Source: Bacteroidota bacterium
Lineage (GTDB): Bacteria > Bacteroidota > Bacteroidia > Bacteroidales > JAADJA01
Assembly (NCBI GenBank): GCA_020444515.1
Contig: JAHLKX010000002.1
Location: 520,146-584,145, forward strand
DNA length: 64,000 bases
Direction of reading: 5' to 3'
The notes beneath the pieces are model-generated. The model saw nothing but the letters and a program-made list of their open reading frames with translations, ran no database searches and was not told the origin of the DNA. Shown piece by piece: positions 38,893-48,500 of the stretch (the stretch's first letter is position 1; every line of letters starts with the position of its first letter). A program made the translations under genes and the position numbers.

Positions 38893-40095
38893 TTAATTTT
38901 CCAAAATCTTGTGGTAGAATTTCTCCAGACTTTCAATTACCGCTTCCAGGCTATGCTCTTTTTCGATGAGTTTTCGTGCATTGTGTCCGAGTTCATCACA
39001 TACTTCACGATTGGACGTGCATTTTTTTACGGCTGCCAGGAATTCTGCCGGTGTATTGGCAATCAATATGTCTTTGTTGTCGGTATAGGGAATTCCTTCG
39101 GCGCCTATACTGGTGGAAATAATGGCTTTGCCCATGGCCATCCCTTCGATGATTTTGATTCGGATGCCACTGCCCGAGAACAGGGGAACGACCATGATGG
39201 CTTTTGAGTGGATAAATTCCTGAGCATCCTCTACTTCCCCCAGCACTTCGACATGATCCTGATTCAGGCTGCTGAGCCAGGCAGGCATCTCACGACCTGC
39301 CAGGTAGAGTTTTATTGTTGGAAATTCTTTGTGAATCAATGGCCAGGCCTCTTCAAGAAACCAACGGATCCCTTCTTCATTGGGCATCCAATTCATCGAT
39401 CCAATATGAAACAGGGATGGGAATTCATAATTCTTTTCACCCGTTGAATATTCGGCAATATCAACGCCGAAAGGGACTGTTGTGATGGGAATTTTGCACC
39501 CGTTATTCCTGAAAAAATCTGCGTCTTTGCTGCTGATACATGCAATTCCATCGTACCTGTTGAGATTTTCCAACTCATACATTTTTAGCTTTCCCGTAAG
39601 GTGTTTCAAATAGGCTGCTTTCAGCGGGTTTTTAGTCGTGTCGGTTACCCGTTGCCAGATCAGGTGTTCAATATTATGGGAGCGGAGAATGACCTTTGCT
39701 TTGGAATTTTTCCGGATCACATCCATATAAGGTGTCATGTAAAGCATTTCGAGTTGAACGATGTCGTAGTCATCCTGCTTCAGCACTTCTTCAAGTTTTT
39801 GTTTCACATCTTCGGAAATAAAGCGTTCGACATGAAACGATTTTTTTGAAAACAAATTTAGGAAGGCATCGACCGGTTTTATGGACAGGTCGACATGGAC
39901 AAATTCAATGCCTGTTTCTTTTTGATAGCTGTCCGGGATATCTTTAGGATTAACTTTGTATTTATTGGTATTCAGCGCCAGTACTTTCACTTCATGACCT
40001 GCTTTCAGAAGGCTTTTAATATTGGCATTCATGGCGAGGGGACCACCTTCACGGGGGGGGAAAGGAGATTTATTGCATAAAAAAAGTACCCGCAT
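38893..40095 (-). CDS. Glycosyltransferase family 4
   Basis: 'MRVLFLCNKSPFPPREGG' and 'PLFSGSGIRIKIIEGMAMGKAI'. The ATG at 40095 forms an ATGA overlap with the upstream stop. The ORF track extends to 40140. Confidence 0.8.
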   Translation of the reverse strand: MRVLFLCNKSPFPPREGGPLAMNANIKSLLKAGHEVKVLALNTNKYKVNPKDIPDSYQKETGIEFVHVDLSIKPVDAFLNLFSKKSFHVERFISEDVKQKLEEVLKQDDYDIVQLEMLYMTPYMDVIRKNSKAKVILRSHNIEHLIWQRVTDTTKNPLKAAYLKHLTGKLKMYELENLNRYDGIACISSKDADFFRNNGCKIPITTVPFGVDIAEYSTGEKNYEFPSLFHIGSMNWMPNEEGIRWFLEEAWPLIHKEFPTIKLYLAGREMPAWLSSLNQDHVEVLGEVEDAQEFIHSKAIMVVPLFSGSGIRIKIIEGMAMGKAIISTSIGAEGIPYTDNKDILIANTPAEFLAAVKKCTSNREVCDELGHNARKLIEKEHSLEAVIESLEKFYHKILEN

Positions 40096-41558
40096 CAATG
40101 ATGGTTTTTTGTAAACAATTTTTTGAACATCTTTTTCCATGCATCTGCATCCAGTAAAGGAGAATCGGTAGTGGCTTTAAAGGTAAGGAATATGCCTAAA
40201 GGAAGCAATACCACAGGGGCAATCCACATACCATAATTGGCATCAATCACACCCGATTTTACCGATTTTTCACCCGTGATAGAGATAATGTGGAACAGGA
40301 CAAAAAACAATACCGATACCACCACCGGTAAACCCAGTCCTCCCCGCCGAATAATGGCACCCAGTGGGGCACCAATAAAAAACAGCACAAAACAAGCCAC
40401 TGACAGGGTGAATTTTCGGTGCCATTCAGCCTGATGTTTATAAATCAATTCCGACCGGTTTTCAATCTCTTCACGGTAATAGCGGATATTGTCACGCGAT
40501 CGCCGGAAACGTTGCGTTGCCTCTTCGATCATATCCTTTTTCTGGACCGTTGAATAGCCGACGAGCACATCCTTGGTATAAGCACTGTCGAATTCTATCC
40601 GACCTGCCCTGGCTGTATCAATGACATTGAAAAAGTAAAACGACCGCATCAATAGTCCGGGGATCTCCTCCCTGCGTTCTTTCAAGCCAATGATGAGCGA
40701 ATCTTCTGCTTCCTGAAGCTGTTTGAGGTTCAGCATGGAATAGTTATTCTTGAAAAGATCTTCATCAGTCCGCGACATTTCAAAATCCATCAGGTCGAAT
40801 TTCCGAAAATTTTCACGAAATTTTGTTCGCTGAAAAGGATTTTTTTCGCGGTAATTGCGCTGATCGGTTTTATCGGTATAATTGTATCCGTCGTACAGGT
40901 AAAAAACCAGGTAGCGTCCATCGGAGGTGAGTTCCATTCGACCTGAATCGGCAACCGTCACATTCACATTTCCCTTTTTTTCACGATGATCATAAATCAA
41001 AACATCGCGAATGGTACGCTCATCGTCTTCTTTTTCCCCAACCCTGATCACAAAACCATCAATCCCATTGTAAAACACGCCCTCTTTTATATCAAGGGCC
41101 AGCTTTTGTTCGCGAACATCATAAAGCAACGATTTGAACTTCAGGTTGGCTACCGGTAATACATTGTTGGAAAAGTAAAATGCTACCCCACTGATCATGA
41201 TTGACATGATCATCAGGGGTGCCATGACCCGTCGGAGAGAGATGCCAGCTGCTTTCATGGCCACCAGTTCGTAATGTTCGCCCAGATTTCCGAAAGTCAT
41301 CAGGGATGATAACAGGATGGCCAGTGGAAGTGCCAGGGGCACAAAGGTGGAGGATGCATAAAATAATAATTCCGTTATGATATACCATTCCAGTCCTTTT
41401 CCCACCAGGTCATCGATGTATTTCCACAGGAACTGCATCAGAAGAATGAAGAGGGCAATGAAAAAAGTAAAGACCAGCGGGCCTAAATAGGATTTTATGA
41501 TCAGCCAATAGATTTTTTTCACGCTATGCTTTCCAAATTCAATCGCAAATATAAGCAC
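40095..41558 (-). CDS. LptF/LptG (YjgP/YjgQ) family permease
   Basis: 'IIKSYLGPLVFTFFIALFILLMQFLW', six TM helices and a periplasmic beta-jellyroll insert. A GTG at 41522 (VKKIYW...) is an alternative start. Confidence 0.75.
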   Translation of the reverse strand: MLIFAIEFGKHSVKKIYWLIIKSYLGPLVFTFFIALFILLMQFLWKYIDDLVGKGLEWYIITELLFYASSTFVPLALPLAILLSSLMTFGNLGEHYELVAMKAAGISLRRVMAPLMIMSIMISGVAFYFSNNVLPVANLKFKSLLYDVREQKLALDIKEGVFYNGIDGFVIRVGEKEDDERTIRDVLIYDHREKKGNVNVTVADSGRMELTSDGRYLVFYLYDGYNYTDKTDQRNYREKNPFQRTKFRENFRKFDLMDFEMSRTDEDLFKNNYSMLNLKQLQEAEDSLIIGLKERREEIPGLLMRSFYFFNVIDTARAGRIEFDSAYTKDVLVGYSTVQKKDMIEEATQRFRRSRDNIRYYREEIENRSELIYKHQAEWHRKFTLSVACFVLFFIGAPLGAIIRRGGLGLPVVVSVLFFVLFHIISITGEKSVKSGVIDANYGMWIAPVVLLPLGIFLTFKATTDSPLLDADAWKKMFKKLFTKNHH

Positions 41559-41726
41559 ATTCGGGTCTCATCGGAGAAATTGCCCACAATTGCGTTTTAG
41601 CCAAACGAAAATTTGAACGGATTCGTGTAATAGGATGGCAACTATTGCATTTGTCAAATTAAACTCCTTTTCAATTTCCTTGTTATCGAGTAGAAATTCT
41701 ATATTTGCAACCATCCTTGAACAAAG

Positions 41727-42914
41727 ATGAAGATCACCAAAGTAGTTGACAAGCAGAGTGCCCGACAATTCCTTGATGTAGCAAGGAAAATTTACCGTGA
41801 TGATCCCCATTGGATCTGTCCGCCCGATCCCATCATAGAGGGTATTTTTGATCCCCGAAAAAATCGTTATTTCGACAATGGCGAAGCCCAGCGATGGATT
41901 TTATCAGATGATGCCGGGAATTTGATTGGCCGCGTAGCCGCTTTTTATGACCAGGAAAAGGCAAAAAATTATGATCCGCCTACGGGTGGTATGGGTTTTT
42001 TTGAGTGCATCCATGACCGGGAAGCGGCATTTTTACTTTTCGAGACATGCAAAGACTGGCTTGAAAGCAAGGGGATGGGTGCTATGGACGGTCCCATTAA
42101 CTTTGGAGAAAATGATAATTACTGGGGTTTACTGGTTGAAGGCTTTTCTCCACCGGCTTTTGGAATGAACTACAATCCACCCTATTACAAAGCATTGTTC
42201 GAGGCCTATGGGTTTAAACCCTTTTTTGAGCAGGAATCCAAGCACCTCGATTTGACCAAACCTTTCCCGGAACGCTTTTGGAAAATTGCTGAGTGGGTGA
42301 TGCGCAAACCGGGTTACACTTTTGAACATATCCGAATTAAAGATTTTGACAAATTTGCAAAGGATGTTGTTGAAATACACAATGCTGCCTGGGTTTTTCA
42401 TGAGCATTATACTCCGCTTACCATTGAGAAGGTTTACAAAAGTTTCAAAGAGGCTAAACCCATCCTGGTTGAAGATTTTATCTGGTTTGTTTACCACGAA
42501 GGAAAACCCATTGCGTTTTTGGTAATGTTTCCTGATATGAACCAAGTGTTTAAGCGGTTCAACGGGAAACTCAATTTGATTAATAAACTTCGTTTTCTAT
42601 ACCTTAAACATACCAGGCTCATCAATCGGGCACGGGTGACCATCATGGGCGTCATTCCTAAATTCCAGGGCATTGGGATTGAATCAGCAATCTTCTGGCA
42701 CCTTCGGGAACCTTTGCTTGTAAAACGACCACACTATCATGAACTGGAAATTTCATGGGTCGGCGATTTCAATCCCAAGATGAAGGCTACGCTGGAAGCC
42801 ATTGGTGCCAATCCAGGAAAGATCCATATTACTTATCGCAAACTTTTCCATCAAACCGATCACTTTAAAAAAGCCACCAAAGTGACCGAAGTAAAAGAAA
42901 AGATGAATCAGTAA
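41727..42914 (+). CDS. Hypothetical protein, possibly GNAT-fold acyltransferase-like
   Basis: 395 aa and soluble. 'GRVAAFYD...GGMGFFEC' and 'GVIPKFQGIGIESAIF' resemble acetyl-CoA-binding strands. This is a weak assignment. Confidence 0.35.
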   Translation: MKITKVVDKQSARQFLDVARKIYRDDPHWICPPDPIIEGIFDPRKNRYFDNGEAQRWILSDDAGNLIGRVAAFYDQEKAKNYDPPTGGMGFFECIHDREAAFLLFETCKDWLESKGMGAMDGPINFGENDNYWGLLVEGFSPPAFGMNYNPPYYKALFEAYGFKPFFEQESKHLDLTKPFPERFWKIAEWVMRKPGYTFEHIRIKDFDKFAKDVVEIHNAAWVFHEHYTPLTIEKVYKSFKEAKPILVEDFIWFVYHEGKPIAFLVMFPDMNQVFKRFNGKLNLINKLRFLYLKHTRLINRARVTIMGVIPKFQGIGIESAIFWHLREPLLVKRPHYHELEISWVGDFNPKMKATLEAIGANPGKIHITYRKLFHQTDHFKKATKVTEVKEKMNQ

Positions 42915-42918
42915 ATAT

Positions 42919-42964
42919 TTTACCGTTAACTGATTGATATCTGCCTTTAACTGATTTCTGCTTG
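42919..42964 (+). promoter_or_regulatory. Conserved 46-nt upstream element with internal direct repeat (copy 2)
   Basis: tttaccgttaactgattgatatctgcctttaactgatttctgcttg, 86 nt upstream of the ATG at 43051. Its first 17 nt are identical to the reverse complement of 7449-7465. Confidence 0.4.
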
Positions 42965-43050
42965 TTTTTTGCCCAGATATTTAATAACATTGTATGTATC
43001 ATACAAGAGGCTTAAAACCCTGCCTATTCATTAATTTTAATTTATTAGTC

Positions 43051-44928
43051 ATGAAGAAAATTTTACTTTTTACGCTGGCAGCGTCAATTGGTATTGTCTG
43101 CCTGGCGCAACAACGTGTTTTGTTGCCCCCAACATTAAAGAATTTGTCTGCCGAAAGGCAAAATCCACAACTTGAATCCGGACCGCAAAGTCATGCGGCC
43201 CTTCCTTCTCAGGATAAGATATGGCCCCCGGAGGAAACATTGGTTGGAACTTCTTTTTTCGATTTGCAAAGCAATTCAGCCATGCAAAACCGCCTCTATT
43301 TATTTGATGATGGTACCATTGGGGCCACCTTCACTTTCGGTAACCTTTATGCCAATTTTGATGATCGCGGAACCGGTTACAATTATTTTAATGGTGACCA
43401 ATGGTTCGATCCTCCAACAGTCCGTATTGAATCACAACGAACAGGCTGGCCGGCATATGCCCCTTTTGGAGAAGATGGTGAGATCGTGGTTTCACACCTG
43501 GCCAGCGCCGTGGATGAAGGTCTTTTATTTAATAAGCGAGATCAAAAAGGCACTGGCGACTGGAATGAATTTCTTTTCCAGGGCCCTGTGGGTTTTGAAC
43601 CCCTGGCCTGGCCCCGGATGACTACTGCCGGTATCGACCATTCCATCATTCACCTGTTTACCCTTACCCTGCCTTCAGCCAATGGCGGTACACCTTACAT
43701 GGGACAGGACGGAGCATTGTTGTATTCCCGTTCCTTTGACGGCGGAACCACCTGGGATCCCCAGAATCTTCTTTTTGAAGATCTGAACGTGGATAATTAT
43801 GTTGCATTTAGTGGTGATACTTACGAAATTCAGGCTCAGGACGACAATGTGGCCATCCTGATCGGGGAGCCATGGATCGACCTCATCCTGTTGAAATCTA
43901 CGGATGGCGGTGATACCTGGACCAATACCCTGGTATGGGAAAATCCTTATCCAATGTGGACTACGGGCACGGTTACCGATACATTCTATTGTGTGGATGG
44001 TGCTCACAGCCTGGCCTTCGACCAGGAAGGTATGGTGCACATTGCCTTTGGCATCAATCGGGCATTGTCCGTAGATGGAACGGCACAGTCGTGGTTCCCG
44101 TTTGTGGATGGTGTGGGTTACTGGAACGAAAACATGCCCGTTTTTTCCAACGACATCAATGCATTGAATCCATATGGTGAAGAAGGATCTGAGTTGATTG
44201 AAGATGTTAATCTGATTGGCTGGACCCAGGATGTTGATGGGGATGGTGAGATCACATTTGTGGGCAACGGAACTGATAACATCGGGACTTATCAACTCGG
44301 ACTATCAAGTATGCCACAAATCCTGGTGGACGAAAGCAACTGGGTGTTCATAGTCTGGTCATCGGTTACAGAAACCTATGATAATAGCCAAAAGAATTTC
44401 AGGCATATCTGGTGCAGGGCTTCTTCCGATGGTGGTGCTAACTGGTCAGGATTTCATGATCTGACTGAAGATTTCCTTCATCTGTTTGATGAGTGTGTAT
44501 GGCCTGCCATTGCTGCCAATTCGGATGAGAATTTTTACCTGATCTATCAGTATGACTCCGAGCCCGGCCTGGCAGTGAGGTTTGATGAGCACGGATATGT
44601 TGAAAATTCTATTAATTTTATGGAGGTCACAAAACTTGAAGTGGGTATTGAGAATACAAAAGAAGCTGATGCTTTTTCTGTTTCCCAAAATATTCCCAAT
44701 CCGTTTATGGAAGATACACGGATCATTGTTCATCTTGAGTCTGCACATCAACTTCAGTTATGGGTAACCAATATGCTTGGCCAGGAGGTTTTTTATCGGG
44801 ATGAAGGACTTATTCAATCCGGGAAAACCGAACTGCTTATCCCTCGTGGCGCTCTGGTTAAGGGTGTATATTTTTATACCGTGAGAGCAGGACAAAGAAG
44901 TGTTACCAGGAAGATGATTGTTGAATAG
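43051..44928 (+). CDS. Secreted Asp-box beta-propeller-like protein with T9SS type-A C-terminal domain (paralog 3 of 4)
   Basis: The ATG at 43051 gives the signal peptide MKKILLFTLAASIGIVCLAQ. Asp-boxes 'SFDGGTTWD', 'STDGGDTWTN' and 'SSDGGANWS'. C-terminal domain 'VSQNIPNPFMEDTRI...GVYFYTVRAGQRSVTRKMIVE'. Confidence 0.8.
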   Translation: MKKILLFTLAASIGIVCLAQQRVLLPPTLKNLSAERQNPQLESGPQSHAALPSQDKIWPPEETLVGTSFFDLQSNSAMQNRLYLFDDGTIGATFTFGNLYANFDDRGTGYNYFNGDQWFDPPTVRIESQRTGWPAYAPFGEDGEIVVSHLASAVDEGLLFNKRDQKGTGDWNEFLFQGPVGFEPLAWPRMTTAGIDHSIIHLFTLTLPSANGGTPYMGQDGALLYSRSFDGGTTWDPQNLLFEDLNVDNYVAFSGDTYEIQAQDDNVAILIGEPWIDLILLKSTDGGDTWTNTLVWENPYPMWTTGTVTDTFYCVDGAHSLAFDQEGMVHIAFGINRALSVDGTAQSWFPFVDGVGYWNENMPVFSNDINALNPYGEEGSELIEDVNLIGWTQDVDGDGEITFVGNGTDNIGTYQLGLSSMPQILVDESNWVFIVWSSVTETYDNSQKNFRHIWCRASSDGGANWSGFHDLTEDFLHLFDECVWPAIAANSDENFYLIYQYDSEPGLAVRFDEHGYVENSINFMEVTKLEVGIENTKEADAFSVSQNIPNPFMEDTRIIVHLESAHQLQLWVTNMLGQEVFYRDEGLIQSGKTELLIPRGALVKGVYFYTVRAGQRSVTRKMIVE

Positions 44929-45022
44929 GATGAACGATTTTATTGACTTTCCTCGGTCAGTAAATCAATAAAACATGTGACTTTACGAATTGCAAAATCA
45001 ACAATTATCTAAATTCTATAAA

Positions 45023-45055
45023 GGCTGTCCGCCTACTGGCGGACAGCCTTTTTTT
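45023..45055 (+). terminator. Rho-independent terminator
   Basis: ggctgtccgcc-tact-ggcggacagcc, an 11-bp perfect stem followed by T7. Confidence 0.9.
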
Positions 45056-45276
45056 GTAGGGATCGGAATCAATTGTTTCCTGTTATCATGTAATTTGAAA
45101 GTAAGGAATCAATCATTTCTGATGGAAACTGATTTGTCACCAATTTCACACGATTTCCGAAATCCATTTTGATTTTTTTATCTGCCTGTCCTACCTGTTG
45201 TCCTACCAGAATATTTGATTTCGGGTTTTTTATTTATTTATTTTGAGATGCCAGAACAAATTAACCGCTCAATACG

Positions 45277-45558
45277 ATGATCTATTCCACTTACAGGGTT
45301 CGTGTTCATGGATCTTTTTTCAAAAAGGGATTTGGATTTTCGTGCATGCAATTGGCCTACCAATATAATATCACAGGCACCTTTTTTTATGAATCAAAAG
45401 AAGCAGTGATATTGGAAATTACAGGAGAGGAAGAGGATATTCATTATCTAATTGAGCAATGTCAAAAAGAAAAATATATCAAAGAAGTCTTGATCCTAAG
45501 CAAAACAAGAACAGAAAATAAATTAACCGATTTCATAATGCTCAATCAAATTGATTAA
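45277..45558 (+). CDS. Small ferredoxin-fold protein, degenerate acylphosphatase-like
   Basis: 93 aa. 'YRVRVHGSFFKKGFGFSCMQLAYQYNITGTFFYESKEAVILEITGEEEDIHYLIEQ' follows the acylphosphatase beta-alpha-beta-beta pattern, but the GVxFR Arg and the VrN Asn are replaced. It ends 14 nt before the giant gene. Confidence 0.4.
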   Translation: MIYSTYRVRVHGSFFKKGFGFSCMQLAYQYNITGTFFYESKEAVILEITGEEEDIHYLIEQCQKEKYIKEVLILSKTRTENKLTDFIMLNQID

Positions 45559-45572
45559 CACCGGAGGTCCAA

Positions 45573-48500
45573 ATGAAAAAATTTACTTTAAAAACTCAAA
45601 TTCCCAGATCACTATTAATTCCAATGTACACATTTGCAATTGCATTTTTGTGCTTTTGGTCTATTGATCTCGTCTCACAAACGAATATGGATATTGTTAA
45701 TGTTAATGTTACCAATGAACGACGATTGGATATTTCAATAAATGCCGAAACCAATCTGCAATTTGTGGAAAAGGAATATGGTGATAGAAACGTTTACAAG
45801 AACTTTTGGGTAAATGGAGCTTCCAAAGTGGCTCCGGGAAATCCAAATGTGCATAGTTATGCCAGGTGGATTTTAATTCCGAACGGAACCAAAATAAATA
45901 TCACATTTTCACATGGCTTACCGGTTGATTATGAAAACATTGATTTAGCTCCGGCCCAGCCGGAACCCTATGATAATGAAAATGCTCCACGACCTGCTTT
46001 TACAAAAAACGAAGTAGTTTATTCGCGCGATGCAGATTTCCCAGGTGTTTTTGCTGAAACAGATGGTATCAAGCGAAAAAGGGGGCAGGAGTTGACGCTT
46101 TTAACTATTTATCCTTATCAATATAATCCGGTACAAAAAAGACTTACGGTATACCCTGATTTGAAAATTACGGTAAGTTTCTCGGGGACCATCCACCCCA
46201 TTCCTCCTAATCTCAAAACAAAGAATCTTGAGTATTCGCTTAAATCAATGGCTATTAATGGAGAAGCTGTTTTGGCAGCTGAAGTAAGTGCAGGTACAAC
46301 TTCAAATGGCGATAATATAAATTATTCCAATGGATGCGACCTACTCATTATTACTGATCCTGCTTTTGAAAATGCAGCCAATACACTTGCTTCCTGGAAG
46401 ATCAGGAAAGGGATTTACACCTGGGTATACAATACCAGCGTTACCGGAAATACATTTACTCAAATAGAAAATTTTATTGATAATGCTTATGAAACCTGGT
46501 CGCCGGCTCCTGAATATTTATTGTTTATTGGAGATGCTGAAAACATTCCACCCGGTTATATATTGTATGAAGATGAAAATGATCTTGGTACAGATATTTT
46601 TTATGCTGACTACGATGATCCAATGGATTATGTTGCGGATTTCGGTTATGGCAGGTTGTCGGTTGATAATGTTGCTGATGCGGATAGTGTTGTGGCTAGA
46701 ATTATCCGCTATGAAAGGACACCTAGCACCAACCCCAATTATTACAATCAAATTCTAAATGCGTCTTGTTTTCAGGATGGTGAAAATGGAGTTGAAGGAG
46801 AACCCGATGAATTACCAGATCACTATGCCAACAGAAGGTTCTGTAAAACAAGTGAGGATGTGAGAAATTACCTTATGTCTCAGGGCTTTCTTTCCCAGCG
46901 TGAATATGTTGCTTACAATCGGGTAAATTATGATGAAATATTTCCTGAGAATTGGATGGATTTAAACCAAAGTTGGAGTGGTGGTATTTTTGAAAACGAC
47001 AATCCTCCAGATGGTGGTGATCCGATTCCAGCAGAGTTGTTAAAGCCCGGATTCCCATGGGATGGAAGCACGGCAGGTATTTCAGCAGCCTTTAACGCAG
47101 GTAAATTTTTTGCAATTTTCAGAGCTCATGGCAGCTGGTCTGGTTGGGGAGATCCCGATTTTCATAGCTGGAATGTAGATGCTTTAAATAATGGAGAGAA
47201 TCGTCCATTCATCTGGTCAATAACCTGCCAATCAGGGTGGTTTGATAATGAGACGGATAATGCCAGTTATGGGTCTTCAAATAGTCAGGAATGTTTTGCT
47301 GAACATTGGCTGAGGCATAATACTGGTGGTAGTTGCGGGATATTGGCAGCAGCCCGTAACTCTTCTTCAGGAAAGAATGACCGGTTAATCTGGGGGATGA
47401 TGGATGCCATTTGGCCCGGGTTTTTAACCTGGAGTATGGATCCATATGGGGGACCCGACCCTATTTACCGGATGGGGGATGTAATCAATTATGGTAAGGG
47501 GTATATGGCCACTAAATATCCGGGTTATGAAACAACAACTATTGCTCTGTTTCACTGGTTTGGCGACCCAACTTCGGAAATGTGGACATCACAGCCAAAT
47601 GAGTTGACTAATGCTTTGGTTACAAGTCCTATAAACATCGGAACTTCTTCCATTACAGTTCAGGTTACACCAGCTGTTGAAAATATGCTGGTTGCTATAT
47701 GTATGGAAAATAGTGATGATATATTTGGAACTGCTTATACGAATAGTTCAGGTATTGCAACAGTAAATTTGAATCATTCAATTACGTTGGAAGATGTTAT
47801 TTATGTCACCATTACAAAACACAATTACAAACCCTATGAATTTGAAGCGGGATGGAATATTCAAGGTATATGGTCAGGTTCTATTTCATCAGACTGGCAT
47901 AATGCCAATAACTGGACACCAAATCAGGTTCCGGATGCTAGCAATAGTGTATTAATTCCGAATGGCTGTTCGAATTATCCAGTTATCGTTTCACCAGTTG
48001 CGGAATGCGAAAATCTGCTTATTGCTCAAAATGCATCCGTTACAATTGGTAATACGCAATTGCATGTAAATGGCGATTTAACCGTTTTTGGGGAACTTGC
48101 CATGACAACCAGCAGCTCCAATTTACAAGTTACGGGTACCGTATCCTGGGAGGATGGTTCCTCAGCCAATATCACCAACGGATCAGCTATGATCGTTGCC
48201 TATTATGACTGGGTTTTTAAAACCGGCTCCAATGTTCACCTTGATAATGGATTTGTCAACTTCAGTGGCAACCTAAGCCAGGCAATTAAATGTAATTCAA
48301 CCGATAGCTATTTCAATCATCTGATCATTGCTAAGGATGAAAATAAGTATATGTATTACTCCGGATCATCAACAGAAGACATGGTAATCAAAGGAAATCT
48401 GTTTATTGACGCCGGTACAAGGTTACGTCACTATTCTGATAATAAAATGATTTTATATGGATTGTTTGATTGCGACGGAAGCCATTATTTTGCATCTGGA

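Noticed and set aside
41568-41810. 80-aa minus-strand ORF
   Set aside because: It overlaps the start of the 41727-42914 gene and occupies a divergent promoter region. I see no motif and no coding-like conservation.
43675-44295. 206-aa minus-strand ORF
   Set aside because: It lies entirely antisense inside Asp-box paralog 3, whose frame is validated by three paralogs. It is a shadow ORF. The same reasoning applies to 4742-5134, 4777-5166, 17495-17932, 27164-27616, 42129-42545 and 60835-61233.
44990-45172. 60-aa plus-strand ORF
   Set aside because: It reads straight through the strong terminator hairpin at 45023-45055, so it is intergenic.
45277-45558. BLUF photoreceptor assignment for the 93-aa ORF
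   Set aside because: The segment 'ITGTFFYESKEAVILEITGEEED' resembles BLUF 'ITG....S..A.LQ.LEG'. However, the essential flavin-binding Gln is replaced (ILE rather than LQ.LEG) and the Tyr context is unclear. I treat it only as a ferredoxin-fold protein.
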